DNA of 38,664 nt from Actinomycetes bacterium. Its GTDB lineage: Bacteria; Actinomycetota; Acidimicrobiia; Acidimicrobiales; Bog-793. Numbering within the stretch: the first letter of the stretch is position 1; every line of letters starts with the position of its first letter. Below the pieces are notes generated by a model that did no database searches, had not been told where the DNA came from, and saw nothing but the letters and a program-made list of their open reading frames with translations. The stretch spans positions 1 to 38,664 of the forward strand of contig JAJZCK010000003.1 in the NCBI GenBank assembly GCA_021846125.1, given 5' to 3'. This document shows positions 9,429 through 18,087 of the stretch, piece after piece. The position numbers and the translations under genes were made by a program.

Positions 9429-10360
9429 GCGCCCACTGCCGCGTTCCACGGCCGGGCACGTCCCTCCATGGCCGTCAGGGACTGCTCGAGGCGGCTACGC
9501 GCGGTCGTGGTGAGGAACTCCCGCCGGGCGTCGCCTTCGAGGGCGACCGCCTCCTTCCAGTACACGCGGCCGGCGATGAAGCCCGAGGCCCCACCCTCGT
9601 CGCAGGCGGTGGCGACCGCCTCGAGGAACGGCTCGAGCGGCATGCCCGCCGAGAGCATGGCCCACGGCACGGTCACGACTTCGCCGACGGCACGGCACCC
9701 TGCCGCGTCGCTCGGGTACTCGAGCTTCAACAGGTCCGGTGCCGTCTCGGTGAGGATCCGTGCCGACTCGACGATGAGCTCGGCGCGGCGCCGCGCACCG
9801 AGCGGCTCCTCGCCGGGTAGGGCATACAGGAGCGTCTCGACGACCGAGGGCACACCGGACGCAGCGCAATCTTCGACAACCGCGCGCACGACGTCCACCA
9901 CCTCGGCGACGAGGTCGGGCTCGCCCGCCTCGCGCTTGCGGTCCGGCCGGAGCTGGACGAGGAGCTTCACGGCGTCGCCCCCCATGTCCCGTACCCACTG
10001 CGCCGTGTGGGAGGGGTCCCGCGTCGCACGCGGCTCGCCGTTCCAGGTCTCACGGGCTTCCGGCTCGACCGCGACGAGGGTCGCGCAGCCCGGAGCCATG
10101 GCGCCGGCGTCGCTCACCGCCGGTACGCCGAAGTCCGGGTCGAGCAGCACGGCGCTCGCGACCGGGCTCAGCGCAGCGACGACGTCGACCTTGAACGCTC
10201 GCATCTCCTCCGGCCCGGTGGGGCGCTCGGCGGCGACGAGCATCCTGCGCAAGGTGTTGCGCTGGTCCATCGCGACGATTGCGAGGGTCCCGTCTGCTCG
10301 AGCGATGGCGCCGAGACCGGCCCTGGGGGTCGTCGAGGTCGAAGGGGGCATAGTGCTCAT
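9425..10360 (-). CDS. Class I aldolase, LacD/YihT type (tagatose-1,6-bisphosphate or sulfofructosephosphate aldolase-like)
   Basis: AMDQR, FKVD..LSPVASAVLLDP, AVKLL, LLKLEYP, WAMLSAG, GASGFIAGR.W; RBS AGGAGA. Confidence 0.85.
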   Translation of the reverse strand: MSTMPPSTSTTPRAGLGAIARADGTLAIVAMDQRNTLRRMLVAAERPTGPEEMRAFKVDVVAALSPVASAVLLDPDFGVPAVSDAGAMAPGCATLVAVEPEARETWNGEPRATRDPSHTAQWVRDMGGDAVKLLVQLRPDRKREAGEPDLVAEVVDVVRAVVEDCAASGVPSVVETLLYALPGEEPLGARRRAELIVESARILTETAPDLLKLEYPSDAAGCRAVGEVVTVPWAMLSAGMPLEPFLEAVATACDEGGASGFIAGRVYWKEAVALEGDARREFLTTTARSRLEQSLTAMEGRARPWNAAVGA

Positions 10361-10368
10361 TCTCCTGG

Positions 10369-11469
10369 CTATCTCTGGGATGTCGTGGAACATGGAGGGA
10401 TCGCTGCAGCACGCGTGCGCCGGCGAGTGGGACGGCCCGCGTCGGGGGCTGCTCGTGCAACGCGGACCGGTGCGATCTCCCCCGAGCCTCGCTCGACGAA
10501 CGTCGTCGGCAACACGAGCCGCTGCGGCGCGCTGGCGTCGCCCCGTATCCTGCGGAGCAGGAGGTCGATCGCCGTCCGGCCCATGAGCGCGGGGTCCTGG
10601 CGCGCCACCGTCACGGGAGGCGAGAGCGACTCGGCGATCGGGAAGTCGTCGAAGCTCACGAACGCGACGTCTGTCCGCGCGCAGCCGTGGAGGTGGCGGA
10701 CGACGTCGAGGGATGCGACCGCGTTCGCCGAGAGCACGGCTGTCGCCGGATCCTCGAGCGAGAGGACGCCGGAGAGCAGCGGAGCGTCGCCGTCCGCGCT
10801 GCGGGCGTGGGAGACGACGAGCGCGGGGTCGAACTCGATGCCTGCCGCCGCGAGCGCGGCGGCATAGCCGCTCAAGCGCTGGCGGAGCGGGAAGCGCTCG
10901 ATGGCCGTGCCGACGAATGCGATCCTGCGGTGGCCGTGCGCGACGAGATGCGCCGTCGCCCGCTGCGCGCTGCCCTCGTTGTCGACGACGACCGTGTCCA
11001 CCTCGAGGCCGGACGGGGGGCGGTCGATGAACACGACTGGCACGCCACCTGGGCCGATGGGCAACCGCTCACGTGCGTAGCCGAGCCAGCAGGGCACGAC
11101 GATCAGGCCGCACACGGACCGGTGCAGCAGGCCGAGCACGACGGCACGCTCCTGGTCAGGAGTCCTACCAGCGCTCGCGATGATGAGGAAGAGCCCCGCC
11201 TCCCGGGCGGCCTCCTCGACGGTTTCGGTCACCGCTGCGAAGAACGGGTCGCTGATCGTCTCGACGACGAGACCGATCGCCTCGTCGCGTCCTGTCCGCA
11301 ACGAGCGCGCCAGCGGGTTGGGCCGGTAGCCGAGCGCCTCGATGGTCGACCGCACCCTCGCAGCGGTCGCCTCCGTGACCTCCGGGTCCTCGTTGACGAC
11401 GCGCGAGACGGTCTTGATGCTGACCCCGGCGAGCTGCGCGACGTCTCGCAACGTCGGTGTCGGGCTCAT
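10369..11469 (-). CDS. LacI-family transcriptional regulator
   Basis: N-terminal HTH PTLRDVAQLAGVSIKTVSRVVN, YRPNPLARSL, GHRRIAF, SFDD. The ATG overlaps the PfkB stop. Confidence 0.95.
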   Translation of the reverse strand: MSPTPTLRDVAQLAGVSIKTVSRVVNEDPEVTEATAARVRSTIEALGYRPNPLARSLRTGRDEAIGLVVETISDPFFAAVTETVEEAAREAGLFLIIASAGRTPDQERAVVLGLLHRSVCGLIVVPCWLGYARERLPIGPGGVPVVFIDRPPSGLEVDTVVVDNEGSAQRATAHLVAHGHRRIAFVGTAIERFPLRQRLSGYAAALAAAGIEFDPALVVSHARSADGDAPLLSGVLSLEDPATAVLSANAVASLDVVRHLHGCARTDVAFVSFDDFPIAESLSPPVTVARQDPALMGRTAIDLLLRRIRGDASAPQRLVLPTTFVERGSGEIAPVRVARAAPDAGRPTRRRTRAAAIPPCSTTSQR

Positions 11470-12449
11470 CGCTCGGCCGGGCCCGGAAGGCCGGCGCCCA
11501 CGACGGTGCTCGGCGGCAAGCCGGCGAGCAGTTGCGTCACGCGGCCGACGTCGACACCGCCTGCGAGCGGATCCTCGCAGGACGCCGAGGCCACGACGAG
11601 AGCGAAGCGCACTGCGTCGGTCCACGGCCGACCGCCCTCGAGCGCGTGGACGAGCCCGCCGACGAGCGAGTCCCCGGCCCCGATGGGGTTGACGACCTCG
11701 ACAACCGGAGCCGCGCACCACGCCACGCCGGCGCCGTCGTCGAAGGCGGCGCCGTGGCTCCCGGCGCTCACGATGACGTGACGAGCGCCCCGGGCCCGCA
11801 AGCCCACCACCGCCGCGGCCGCGCGCAGCGCGACGTCCGTGCCCGTCGGCTCCACCGCCTCGCCCGAGGTCCCGTGCAACAGGGCCTCGGCCTCGGAGAG
11901 GTTGGGGCTCACGACGTCCGGTCCGACCTCGAGGGCACCCGCGAGCGCCGGGCCGGTGGCGTCGACGACGGTGCGCAGCCCGACACGCCGCGCGGCGAGC
12001 ACGACCCTCGCGTACGCGTCCGGCGGCGAGCCGGGCGGCAGGCTGCCCGAGCACGCAAGGCTCTCGTGGCCGGAGGCGAGACCGGGGACGAGCGCGACGA
12101 GTGCCTCCCAGTCCGCCGGCCCGGTCGTCACGCCGGGCTCGTTGAGCACGGTGACACGTCCGGACGTCTCGATGACGATCGTCGCGACGCGCACCGCTCC
12201 GTCGACGTCGATGCCACGGAGGTCGGCATGCTCGCCTTCCGCCAGCTCACGGAGCCGCGCGGCGTCACGCGTCGGCAGGAAGCCGAGGATCGTGCCCGGC
12301 CGGCCGAAGCTCCGTGCGACGCGCGCGACGTTGACACCCTTGCCGCCGAGGGTGGTCGCCGCGCTCCCCGTGCGGTGGACGTTGCCCGGCACGAGCTCGC
12401 CGACGCCGATGGTCCTGTCGATGCACACGTTGGGGTTGACGATCAGCAC
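11466..12449 (-). CDS. PfkB-family hexose-phosphate kinase (1-phosphofructokinase / LacC-like)
   Basis: NPNVCIDRT, GGKGVNVAR, SGSLPPG, PNLSE, NPIGAGDS. Confidence 0.9.
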   Translation of the reverse strand: MLIVNPNVCIDRTIGVGELVPGNVHRTGSAATTLGGKGVNVARVARSFGRPGTILGFLPTRDAARLRELAEGEHADLRGIDVDGAVRVATIVIETSGRVTVLNEPGVTTGPADWEALVALVPGLASGHESLACSGSLPPGSPPDAYARVVLAARRVGLRTVVDATGPALAGALEVGPDVVSPNLSEAEALLHGTSGEAVEPTGTDVALRAAAAVVGLRARGARHVIVSAGSHGAAFDDGAGVAWCAAPVVEVVNPIGAGDSLVGGLVHALEGGRPWTDAVRFALVVASASCEDPLAGGVDVGRVTQLLAGLPPSTVVGAGLPGPAER

Positions 12450-13162
12450 GCATGGCTCCTCGCCGCCGTGCCCCGGTCGACCCTGCGGCCGACGCCGAGC
12501 TCTGCGACGGCATCTCGCACCTGGTCGCCGAGGCTCGACGTGGCGTCGACGCGCACGTGGGCGACGACAGGCCTACCAACGAGGACGGCGGCGCGCACCA
12601 GCTCCGGACGGTCGATCTTCGCCCGGTCGCGAAGTGCCCGACGGCTCGCGAGCCTCTCGAGCAGCAGGTCCGTCGGGCAATCGAGGTAGCAGAGCGCGAC
12701 GGCCCCGTGGCCGGCCGAGGACGCCCGGGCACCGAGGGAGCCGACGACCCCCTCCCATGCCTCGACCGAGGCGCGCTCCCGGGTGAACGGAGCGACGACG
12801 ACGACGCGACGTCCGACCGCCAGGTTCGCTGCCGCGGTACCGAGCAGGCAGGCGTAGCGCGCCTCGCGCAGCCGCGCCCCGGCCGAGTCGCCGTCGAGCG
12901 CGTACGGCTCGGCGCCCGCGAGCGCGAGCGCCGCCGCGGTGAGCGGCCCCGTCACGTCGTCGAGGTCGAGCAGCACGAAGCCGGTCTCGGACGCGAGCGA
13001 CGTCGCGAAGGTTGTCTTGCCCGAGCCGGCGGGACCGCTCACCACCACGGCGCGCGGCCCCTGCGCCTCGCACTCGGCCATCTGATCGTCGCTCCCCGCG
13101 TCAGGGCCCGCCGTGGACGGGTGGACGATGTCCACCCGTCCACGGCTTTCACCCCAGGTCAC
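12443..13162 (-). CDS. P-loop small-molecule kinase (AAA_33 / gluconate-shikimate kinase-like)
   Basis: Walker A SGPAGSGKTT, LDLD, VVAPF, lid motif ERLASR. The start may be the ATG at 13081. Confidence 0.7.
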   Translation of the reverse strand: MTWGESRGRVDIVHPSTAGPDAGSDDQMAECEAQGPRAVVVSGPAGSGKTTFATSLASETGFVLLDLDDVTGPLTAAALALAGAEPYALDGDSAGARLREARYACLLGTAAANLAVGRRVVVVAPFTRERASVEAWEGVVGSLGARASSAGHGAVALCYLDCPTDLLLERLASRRALRDRAKIDRPELVRAAVLVGRPVVAHVRVDATSSLGDQVRDAVAELGVGRRVDRGTAARSHAC

Positions 13163-13224
13163 CTCGGCAGGTGCGAGCGCACGGCGACGCTCGTTCCGCC
13201 GCGGTCATGGCTTGTCACCGGCAC

Positions 13225-14304
13225 TCAGCCTCCGAGGGAGGCCAAGGAGGACTGGTAGTAGTACTTCGTGATGCTCGGGTTCGACGAGTTCGCCGTCGTC
13301 CCGACGATGTTCGGCACGAGCGTCGCCTTCGGCACCGCCGACTTGTGCCCCGTCAAGATGTCGTACGCGTACTTGACCGCGTCGGCACCCTCGACCGCCG
13401 GCTGCTGGATGACGAGGACGTTGATGACGCCCTTCTTCAAGAGCTTGACCGTAGCGGGCTCCGCGTCGTAGCCGGCGACGAAGATCTTGCCCTTCTTGCC
13501 GGCCGCAGCGATGGCCTCTCCGGCACCTTGTGCACCGTAGAGGTTCGTGCCGAAGATGCCGACGAGCTTCGGGAACTTGAGCACCATGTCCTTGGTCTGG
13601 CTGGCGGCCAGCGTCGGGCTGTCCGTGTTGTACTCGACTGCCGCTACCGACATGTGCGGGTACTTCTTGATCTGCGCGATGAAGCCCGCCTGCCGGGCGT
13701 CGGTCGTCGAGATGCCCGGGTTCACGTTGTCGACGGCGACCTGGCCCGTGTAGTGCGCCAGCTTCGCGATGGTCTCGGCCGCGAGCTCGCCGCCTTGGAA
13801 GTTGTCCGAGGTGATCCTCGCGTCGAGGATGCTCGTGTCGGTGAGCGTCGTGTCGACCGATATGACCGGGATCCCCGCATGGACGAACTTCTCGATCGGC
13901 GCCTTCAACGCGACCACGTCGGTCGGCGCGATGAGCAGGGCGCTCGGGTGCTCCGCGAGGAGCGACTCCACGACCGGGATCTGCGTCGTCGGGCTGAACG
14001 TGGTCCCGCCCTGCCAGATGAGCTTCACCCCGAGCTTCGCGGCTTCCGCTGCTGCTCCGCGCTCCATCGTGATGTAGAACGGATCGACAGTCAGGCCAGG
14101 GACGAGCGCGATCGTGAACTTCTTCGCGGCCTTCGGCGTCGCGGCCACGCGTGCGGCCGACGACGGTGCGACGAGCGCCAGCGACATCGCCGTCGTCCCC
14201 GCTGCCATGACCGCAGCCGAGCCCACGAGGCGCGCTCGACGGCGGGCCGGACCTGATCCCCTTGCTGCGTTCCTGTTGGACATTGCAACCCCCTCGATTG
14301 TCAT
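13225..14304 (-). CDS. Sugar ABC transporter substrate-binding protein (RbsB-like)
   Basis: Signal-like N-terminus, DPFYITMERGA, IPVISVD, SDNFQGG, AGYD, IQQP. Confidence 0.92.
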   Translation of the reverse strand: MTIEGVAMSNRNAARGSGPARRRARLVGSAAVMAAGTTAMSLALVAPSSAARVAATPKAAKKFTIALVPGLTVDPFYITMERGAAAEAAKLGVKLIWQGGTTFSPTTQIPVVESLLAEHPSALLIAPTDVVALKAPIEKFVHAGIPVISVDTTLTDTSILDARITSDNFQGGELAAETIAKLAHYTGQVAVDNVNPGISTTDARQAGFIAQIKKYPHMSVAAVEYNTDSPTLAASQTKDMVLKFPKLVGIFGTNLYGAQGAGEAIAAAGKKGKIFVAGYDAEPATVKLLKKGVINVLVIQQPAVEGADAVKYAYDILTGHKSAVPKATLVPNIVGTTANSSNPSITKYYYQSSLASLGG

Positions 14305-14372
14305 GCTTCTCTCTTTTCCTCTTGGCTAGAGGATCCTGTGCGCGCACCGTGGCGCGCGGGCGGCGTGGCGGC

Positions 14373-15422
14373 TCAGTCCGTGCCGACCACCGTCCGGACA
14401 CGGTCGACGGCCACTGCGCCGACGACGACAGCACCGATTGCAACCTGCTGCCAGAACGGCTGGACGTTCGCGAGCACGAGCCCAGTCGTCAGGAGCGCGA
14501 TGATCGCAGTGCCGATCACGGTCCCGAAGATGGTGCCGCGTCCTCCGAAGATGCTCGCACCTCCGATGACGACAGCTGCGATCGCGTAGAGCTCGTCGTT
14601 CGCGCCGGCGATCGGCGAGGCGGAGGAGAAGTTCGCCGTGACCATCAGACCCGCGACTCCGGCGAGCAGCCCGGAGAGCATGTAGACCCGCACGAGGTGC
14701 CGGTCGACGTCGATGCCGGCGCGGCGGGCGGCGACCTCGTTCGAACCGATGGCGTACGTCCGCAAGCCAAACCTCGTACGTGTGAGCACCAGCCCGAACA
14801 CGAAGGCGAGCGCGAGCGCGACGAGCACCGGGACGGGGAGCCAGCCCGAGATCACGCTCGCAGTGCCGAGGGTCGTGATGAACCCTGGGAGGTTGGTGAT
14901 CTCCGTGCCGTTGTTCAACAGATCGGTCGCTCCGGTCACGGCGGTAAGGGTCCCGAGCGTGACGATGAACGGTGGCAGCTTCATCTTCGTGATGATGAGG
15001 CCGTTGAGAAGGCCGATTCCCGCACCCGTCGCGAGCATGAGGAGGATCCCCGCCGCGACCGTCAGGCCACCAGAGTCGTGCGAGCCGAGCATGTTCGCCA
15101 TCAGCAGCGAGCCCGCCATGGCGGAGAAGCCGAGAGTTGCCCCGTCCGCGAGGTCGATACCAGCGGTGACGATGACGAATGTCTGGCCGATCGCGAGGAT
15201 GAGGTACTCGACCGCGAAGCTCGCGGTGGCGAGCCAGGCTGCCTTCGTGTAGAGCGTCGGAGCCACGGCTCCGAAGGCGACGATGAGCACGACGAGGACA
15301 CCGAGCGTCCACAGCGCCCCGATGCGCTCCATGAACCTCTGGAACCACGGAACCCCGCCGGTCTCGTCCTCGTCGGGCGTCCCCGCCAGATCTCGCTGAT
15401 CCTCCTCGACCTTGAGCATCAT
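14373..15422 (-). CDS. Sugar ABC transporter permease (RbsC-like)
   Basis: QTFVIVTAGIDL, PPFIVTLG, YAIGSNEVAARRAGI, ELYAIAAVVIGGAS. The ATG at 15422 overlaps the ATPase stop. Confidence 0.93.
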   Translation of the reverse strand: MMLKVEEDQRDLAGTPDEDETGGVPWFQRFMERIGALWTLGVLVVLIVAFGAVAPTLYTKAAWLATASFAVEYLILAIGQTFVIVTAGIDLADGATLGFSAMAGSLLMANMLGSHDSGGLTVAAGILLMLATGAGIGLLNGLIITKMKLPPFIVTLGTLTAVTGATDLLNNGTEITNLPGFITTLGTASVISGWLPVPVLVALALAFVFGLVLTRTRFGLRTYAIGSNEVAARRAGIDVDRHLVRVYMLSGLLAGVAGLMVTANFSSASPIAGANDELYAIAAVVIGGASIFGGRGTIFGTVIGTAIIALLTTGLVLANVQPFWQQVAIGAVVVGAVAVDRVRTVVGTD

Positions 15423-16261
15423 CGCGTCGTCTTCCCGGCGAGCATCGCCGAACCCGTGATCCAGCTCACGATGGAGTCGAGGTCGGTCTCCTTCGGCCGG
15501 AGCTCGGCGATGACCCGACCGTGGAAGAGCACGACGACGCGGTCGCAGAGCTCGTAGACCTGGGGGAGGTTGTGGCTGATCAGAAGGACGGGGATGCCGT
15601 GCCCCGAGACGGTCCGGATGAGGTCGCCGACCTTTGCCTGCTGCTCCACGCCGAGCGCTGCGGTGGGCTCGTCCAGGAGCAGCACACGCGACCCCCAAGC
15701 GACGGCCCGGCCCACCGCGACGGCCTGGCGCTGACCGCCCGAGAGCCGACCGACACGGGACGAGACCGATGCGATATGGATCTTCGTCCGGTCGAGGTCC
15801 TCCACGCTGCGAGCCATCATCGCCCGCCGGTCCAGCCATCCCAGCCAGCCGAGCGGTCCCGAGACCGTGCGCTCGCGCCCGAGGAAAAGGTTCGCCCAGA
15901 TGCTGAGGTCCGGCGCGAGGGCGAGATCCTGGTAGACGGTCTCGATGCCTACGTCGCGCGCGTCGGTCGCCGACTTGAACGACACGGGCGCACCGTCGAC
16001 GAGGATCTGTCCGCTAGTCGGATGCAATGCGCCTGACAAGATGTTCACGAGCGTCGACTTGCCGGCGCCGTTGTCGCCGACGAGGCCGACCACCTCGTCG
16101 CGGTGGATCTCGAAGTTGATATCGCGAAGCGCGTGCACGCTTCCATAGCGCTTCGAGACGCCCCGCACCTCGAGGACCGGCTGTCCGAGATCCGGTGACG
16201 CTGCCGCGCCGCGCTGCTCCCCACCGTCCACTGCTCCACCCCCCAAGCTCGGACCGGTCAC
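15419..16261 (-). CDS. Sugar ABC transporter ATP-binding protein (single domain)
   Basis: GDNGAGKST, YQDLAL, LSGGQRQ, LLDEPTAALG, ISH. Confidence 0.95.
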   Translation of the reverse strand: MTGPSLGGGAVDGGEQRGAAASPDLGQPVLEVRGVSKRYGSVHALRDINFEIHRDEVVGLVGDNGAGKSTLVNILSGALHPTSGQILVDGAPVSFKSATDARDVGIETVYQDLALAPDLSIWANLFLGRERTVSGPLGWLGWLDRRAMMARSVEDLDRTKIHIASVSSRVGRLSGGQRQAVAVGRAVAWGSRVLLLDEPTAALGVEQQAKVGDLIRTVSGHGIPVLLISHNLPQVYELCDRVVVLFHGRVIAELRPKETDLDSIVSWITGSAMLAGKTTR

Positions 16262-16290
16262 GACGCGTCGACCGCTCGCGACGGGTTAGC

Positions 16291-16304
16291 TGACATCGAT
16301 GTCA
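16291..16304. promoter_or_regulatory. Putative LacI operator O1, TGACATCGATGTCA
   Basis: Perfect 14-bp palindrome with a central CG, 30 bp upstream of the first operon gene; a LacI gene lies in the same operon. Confidence 0.75.
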
Positions 16305-16363
16305 AACCATGCGACCCCTGGATGCCGGCAAGCTAGCGATCCCCCGCAACCCCGACCGGGCAC

Positions 16364-16392
16364 ACAGTAGCGCGCTCTGACAAGGTTGTCAC
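16364..16392 (-). promoter_or_regulatory. Putative housekeeping-sigma promoter of the sugar operon (-35 GTGACA, 17 bp spacer, -10 TACTGT)
   Basis: Near-consensus hexamers with canonical spacing, read directly. Confidence 0.6.
16378..16391. promoter_or_regulatory. Putative LacI operator O2, TGACAAGGTTGTCA
   Basis: Same TGACA-N4-TGTCA arms as O1; overlaps the predicted -35 element. Confidence 0.7.
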
Positions 16393-16424
16393 GACCGTCG
16401 GGTCTTCGCGAGGTCCTCGCGGGG

Positions 16425-17066
16425 TCACCGCCCTGTCCGGCGCCTCAGCTCCGCGGCCGCAGCCGTCGGCTCGCGCGCAGCGCAGATCGCAGCCACGACC
16501 GCGATGCCCGCCACGCCGGCACCGGCGACCTCGCGAGCCCGCTCGACTGTGATCCCTCCGATGGCGACGCACGGCACCGGCGACACCGCGCAGATCGCAC
16601 GCAGCCCGTCGACGCCGATCGGCGCCGCGGCGTCGGGCTTCGTCGCCGTCGTGAAGACCGGCCCGACGCCGAGGTAGTCGACCGTGCCGGGGGCGAGCGC
16701 CGCCGCCGCCACGGCTTGTGACAGGCAGGTGACGGACCAGCCGATCACGAGGCGCTCCCCCGCGATCTCGCGTGCCATCCCCACCGGGAGATCCGACTGG
16801 CCGAGGTGGACACCGTCTGCGCCGGCTGCGAGAGCGACGTCGAGGCGGTCGTCGACGACGAGCGCGACGCCGGTGCCCGCGAGAAGCTCGCGCAGCCCGA
16901 TCGCCGACACCGTGAGCTCTCGAGCCGTCGCCCGATGGTCACGGAGCTGGACCGCCGTCACCCCTCCTGCGACCGCCGCACGCACCGTCTCCGGTACGCC
17001 TCGGGCACCGCACGCCGCGGCATCGGTGACGAGGTAGAGGCGCGGGTCGAAAGTTGCCCGGCTCAC
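16425..17066 (-). CDS. thiE: Thiamine-phosphate synthase
   Basis: LYLVTD, VQLRD, VDDRLDVA, GVHLGQSD, GPVFTTATKPDA, AIGGI; lies downstream of thiM. Confidence 0.95.
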   Translation of the reverse strand: MSRATFDPRLYLVTDAAACGARGVPETVRAAVAGGVTAVQLRDHRATARELTVSAIGLRELLAGTGVALVVDDRLDVALAAGADGVHLGQSDLPVGMAREIAGERLVIGWSVTCLSQAVAAAALAPGTVDYLGVGPVFTTATKPDAAAPIGVDGLRAICAVSPVPCVAIGGITVERAREVAGAGVAGIAVVAAICAAREPTAAAAELRRRTGR

Positions 17067-17070
17067 CGCG

Positions 17071-17874
17071 TCACCCGCCGGCCACAGTGCGGGACTCCTC
17101 GGACAAGGCTGCGAGCTCGTCGAGAAGAGCGACGGCGAACGATCCCGGACCGGGGCTCCCGCCGGCGGCACGCTCCCCGGCACGCGCGAGCACGGCAGAT
17201 GCGGCCGACGCTGCGAGAAGGACGTCGGCCTCGACGGCGGCGAACGCCGCGACGAGCGCGCCGAGCGCGCAGCCGACCCCCGTGACCCTCGTCATGAGCG
17301 GGCTCCCGCCCGGGACCGCGACGACGTCCGCGCCGTCGGTGACGTAGTCGACCGCGCCGCTCACGGCGACAACGCAGCCGGCGGCACGCGCGAGCGTGAG
17401 CGCCGCACCGAGAGCTTCGTCCGATCCTGCTTGCGAATCGACGCCCCGCCCGCCGGGACCGGCACCCGCGAGGCTCATGATCTCGGATGCGTTGCCTCGC
17501 ACCACCGACGGGCGCGCCGCGAGCAGCTCCCCGGCGAAGCGCGTCCGGTGGGCGAGGGCGCCGACGGCAACCGGGTCGAGGACCCACGGCCGTCCCGCCG
17601 CCGCCGCGCCCGTCGCCGCCGCGCGCATCGCGACCTCGCGCTCGGCCGAGAGGGTGCCGAGGTTGACGAGGACGGCACCGGCGGTCGCGGCGAACTCCCC
17701 GGACTCCTGCGAGTTCTCGACCATCGCCGGAGACGCGTCCACGGCGAGGAGCACGTTCGCCGTGAAGCCCGCCACGACGACGTTCGTCAGGCAGTGGACG
17801 AGGGGATGCCCCGCCCGCACCTCGGCCAAGAGCTCCGGCACACGACGATCGGTCCAGGTCAGCTCGGAGTGCAT
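17071..17874 (-). CDS. thiM: Hydroxyethylthiazole kinase
   Basis: PLVHCLTNVV, ASPAM, VNLGT, WVLDPVAVG, RGNASEI, GVDS, VTGVGC. Confidence 0.95.
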   Translation of the reverse strand: MHSELTWTDRRVPELLAEVRAGHPLVHCLTNVVVAGFTANVLLAVDASPAMVENSQESGEFAATAGAVLVNLGTLSAEREVAMRAAATGAAAAGRPWVLDPVAVGALAHRTRFAGELLAARPSVVRGNASEIMSLAGAGPGGRGVDSQAGSDEALGAALTLARAAGCVVAVSGAVDYVTDGADVVAVPGGSPLMTRVTGVGCALGALVAAFAAVEADVLLAASAASAVLARAGERAAGGSPGPGSFAVALLDELAALSEESRTVAGG

Positions 17875-17878
17875 GGGC

Positions 17879-17973
17879 GACGTCCCTCCGCTCGTACGAA
17901 CGAGATCAGGTTCGACAGGTCTCTCTCAGCCCGCGGGCGGTCCGGACGGACCACCGCGGGCACCCTGCGTCTC
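17879..17973 (-). ncRNA. TPP riboswitch (thi-box)
   Basis: Minus strand reads GACGCAGGGTGC...GCTGAGA...ACCTG.CGAACCTGATC....GT...AGCGGAGGGACGTC directly before the thiM ATG. The SD-like GGAGGG lies inside the aptamer 3' strand, which implies translational control. Confidence 0.93.
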
Positions 17974-17979
17974 CCCAGA

Positions 17980-18019
17980 TCCTACCGATCCATTCCTACC
18001 GATCCATTCCTACCGATCC
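17980..18019. repeat. 14-bp tandem repeat TCCTACCGATCCAT, about 2.9 copies
   Basis: Read directly; overlaps a TAGGAT -10 candidate for the riboswitch transcript. Confidence 0.9.
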
Positions 18020-18087
18020 GGCCACCGCGCCGCGGCCGGGCGGGCTCGGTCGCTCCGGTGCGCCCCGCACGGGTACCCTTGACGCCC

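Noticed and set aside
9425-12449. Sulfoquinovose (sulfo-EMP) pathway suggested by the YihT-like aldolase and PfkB kinase
   Set aside because: No recognisable sulfoquinovosidase, SQ isomerase or sulfolactaldehyde reductase, and the kinase looks 1-PFK/LacC-like. Not excluded, but unsupported.
467-16261. MFS/GT4/sugar cluster as cargo of the integrase element
   Set aside because: These genes lie on the 5' side of the tRNA, whereas the integrase is on the 3' side. No second att repeat was seen in the window.
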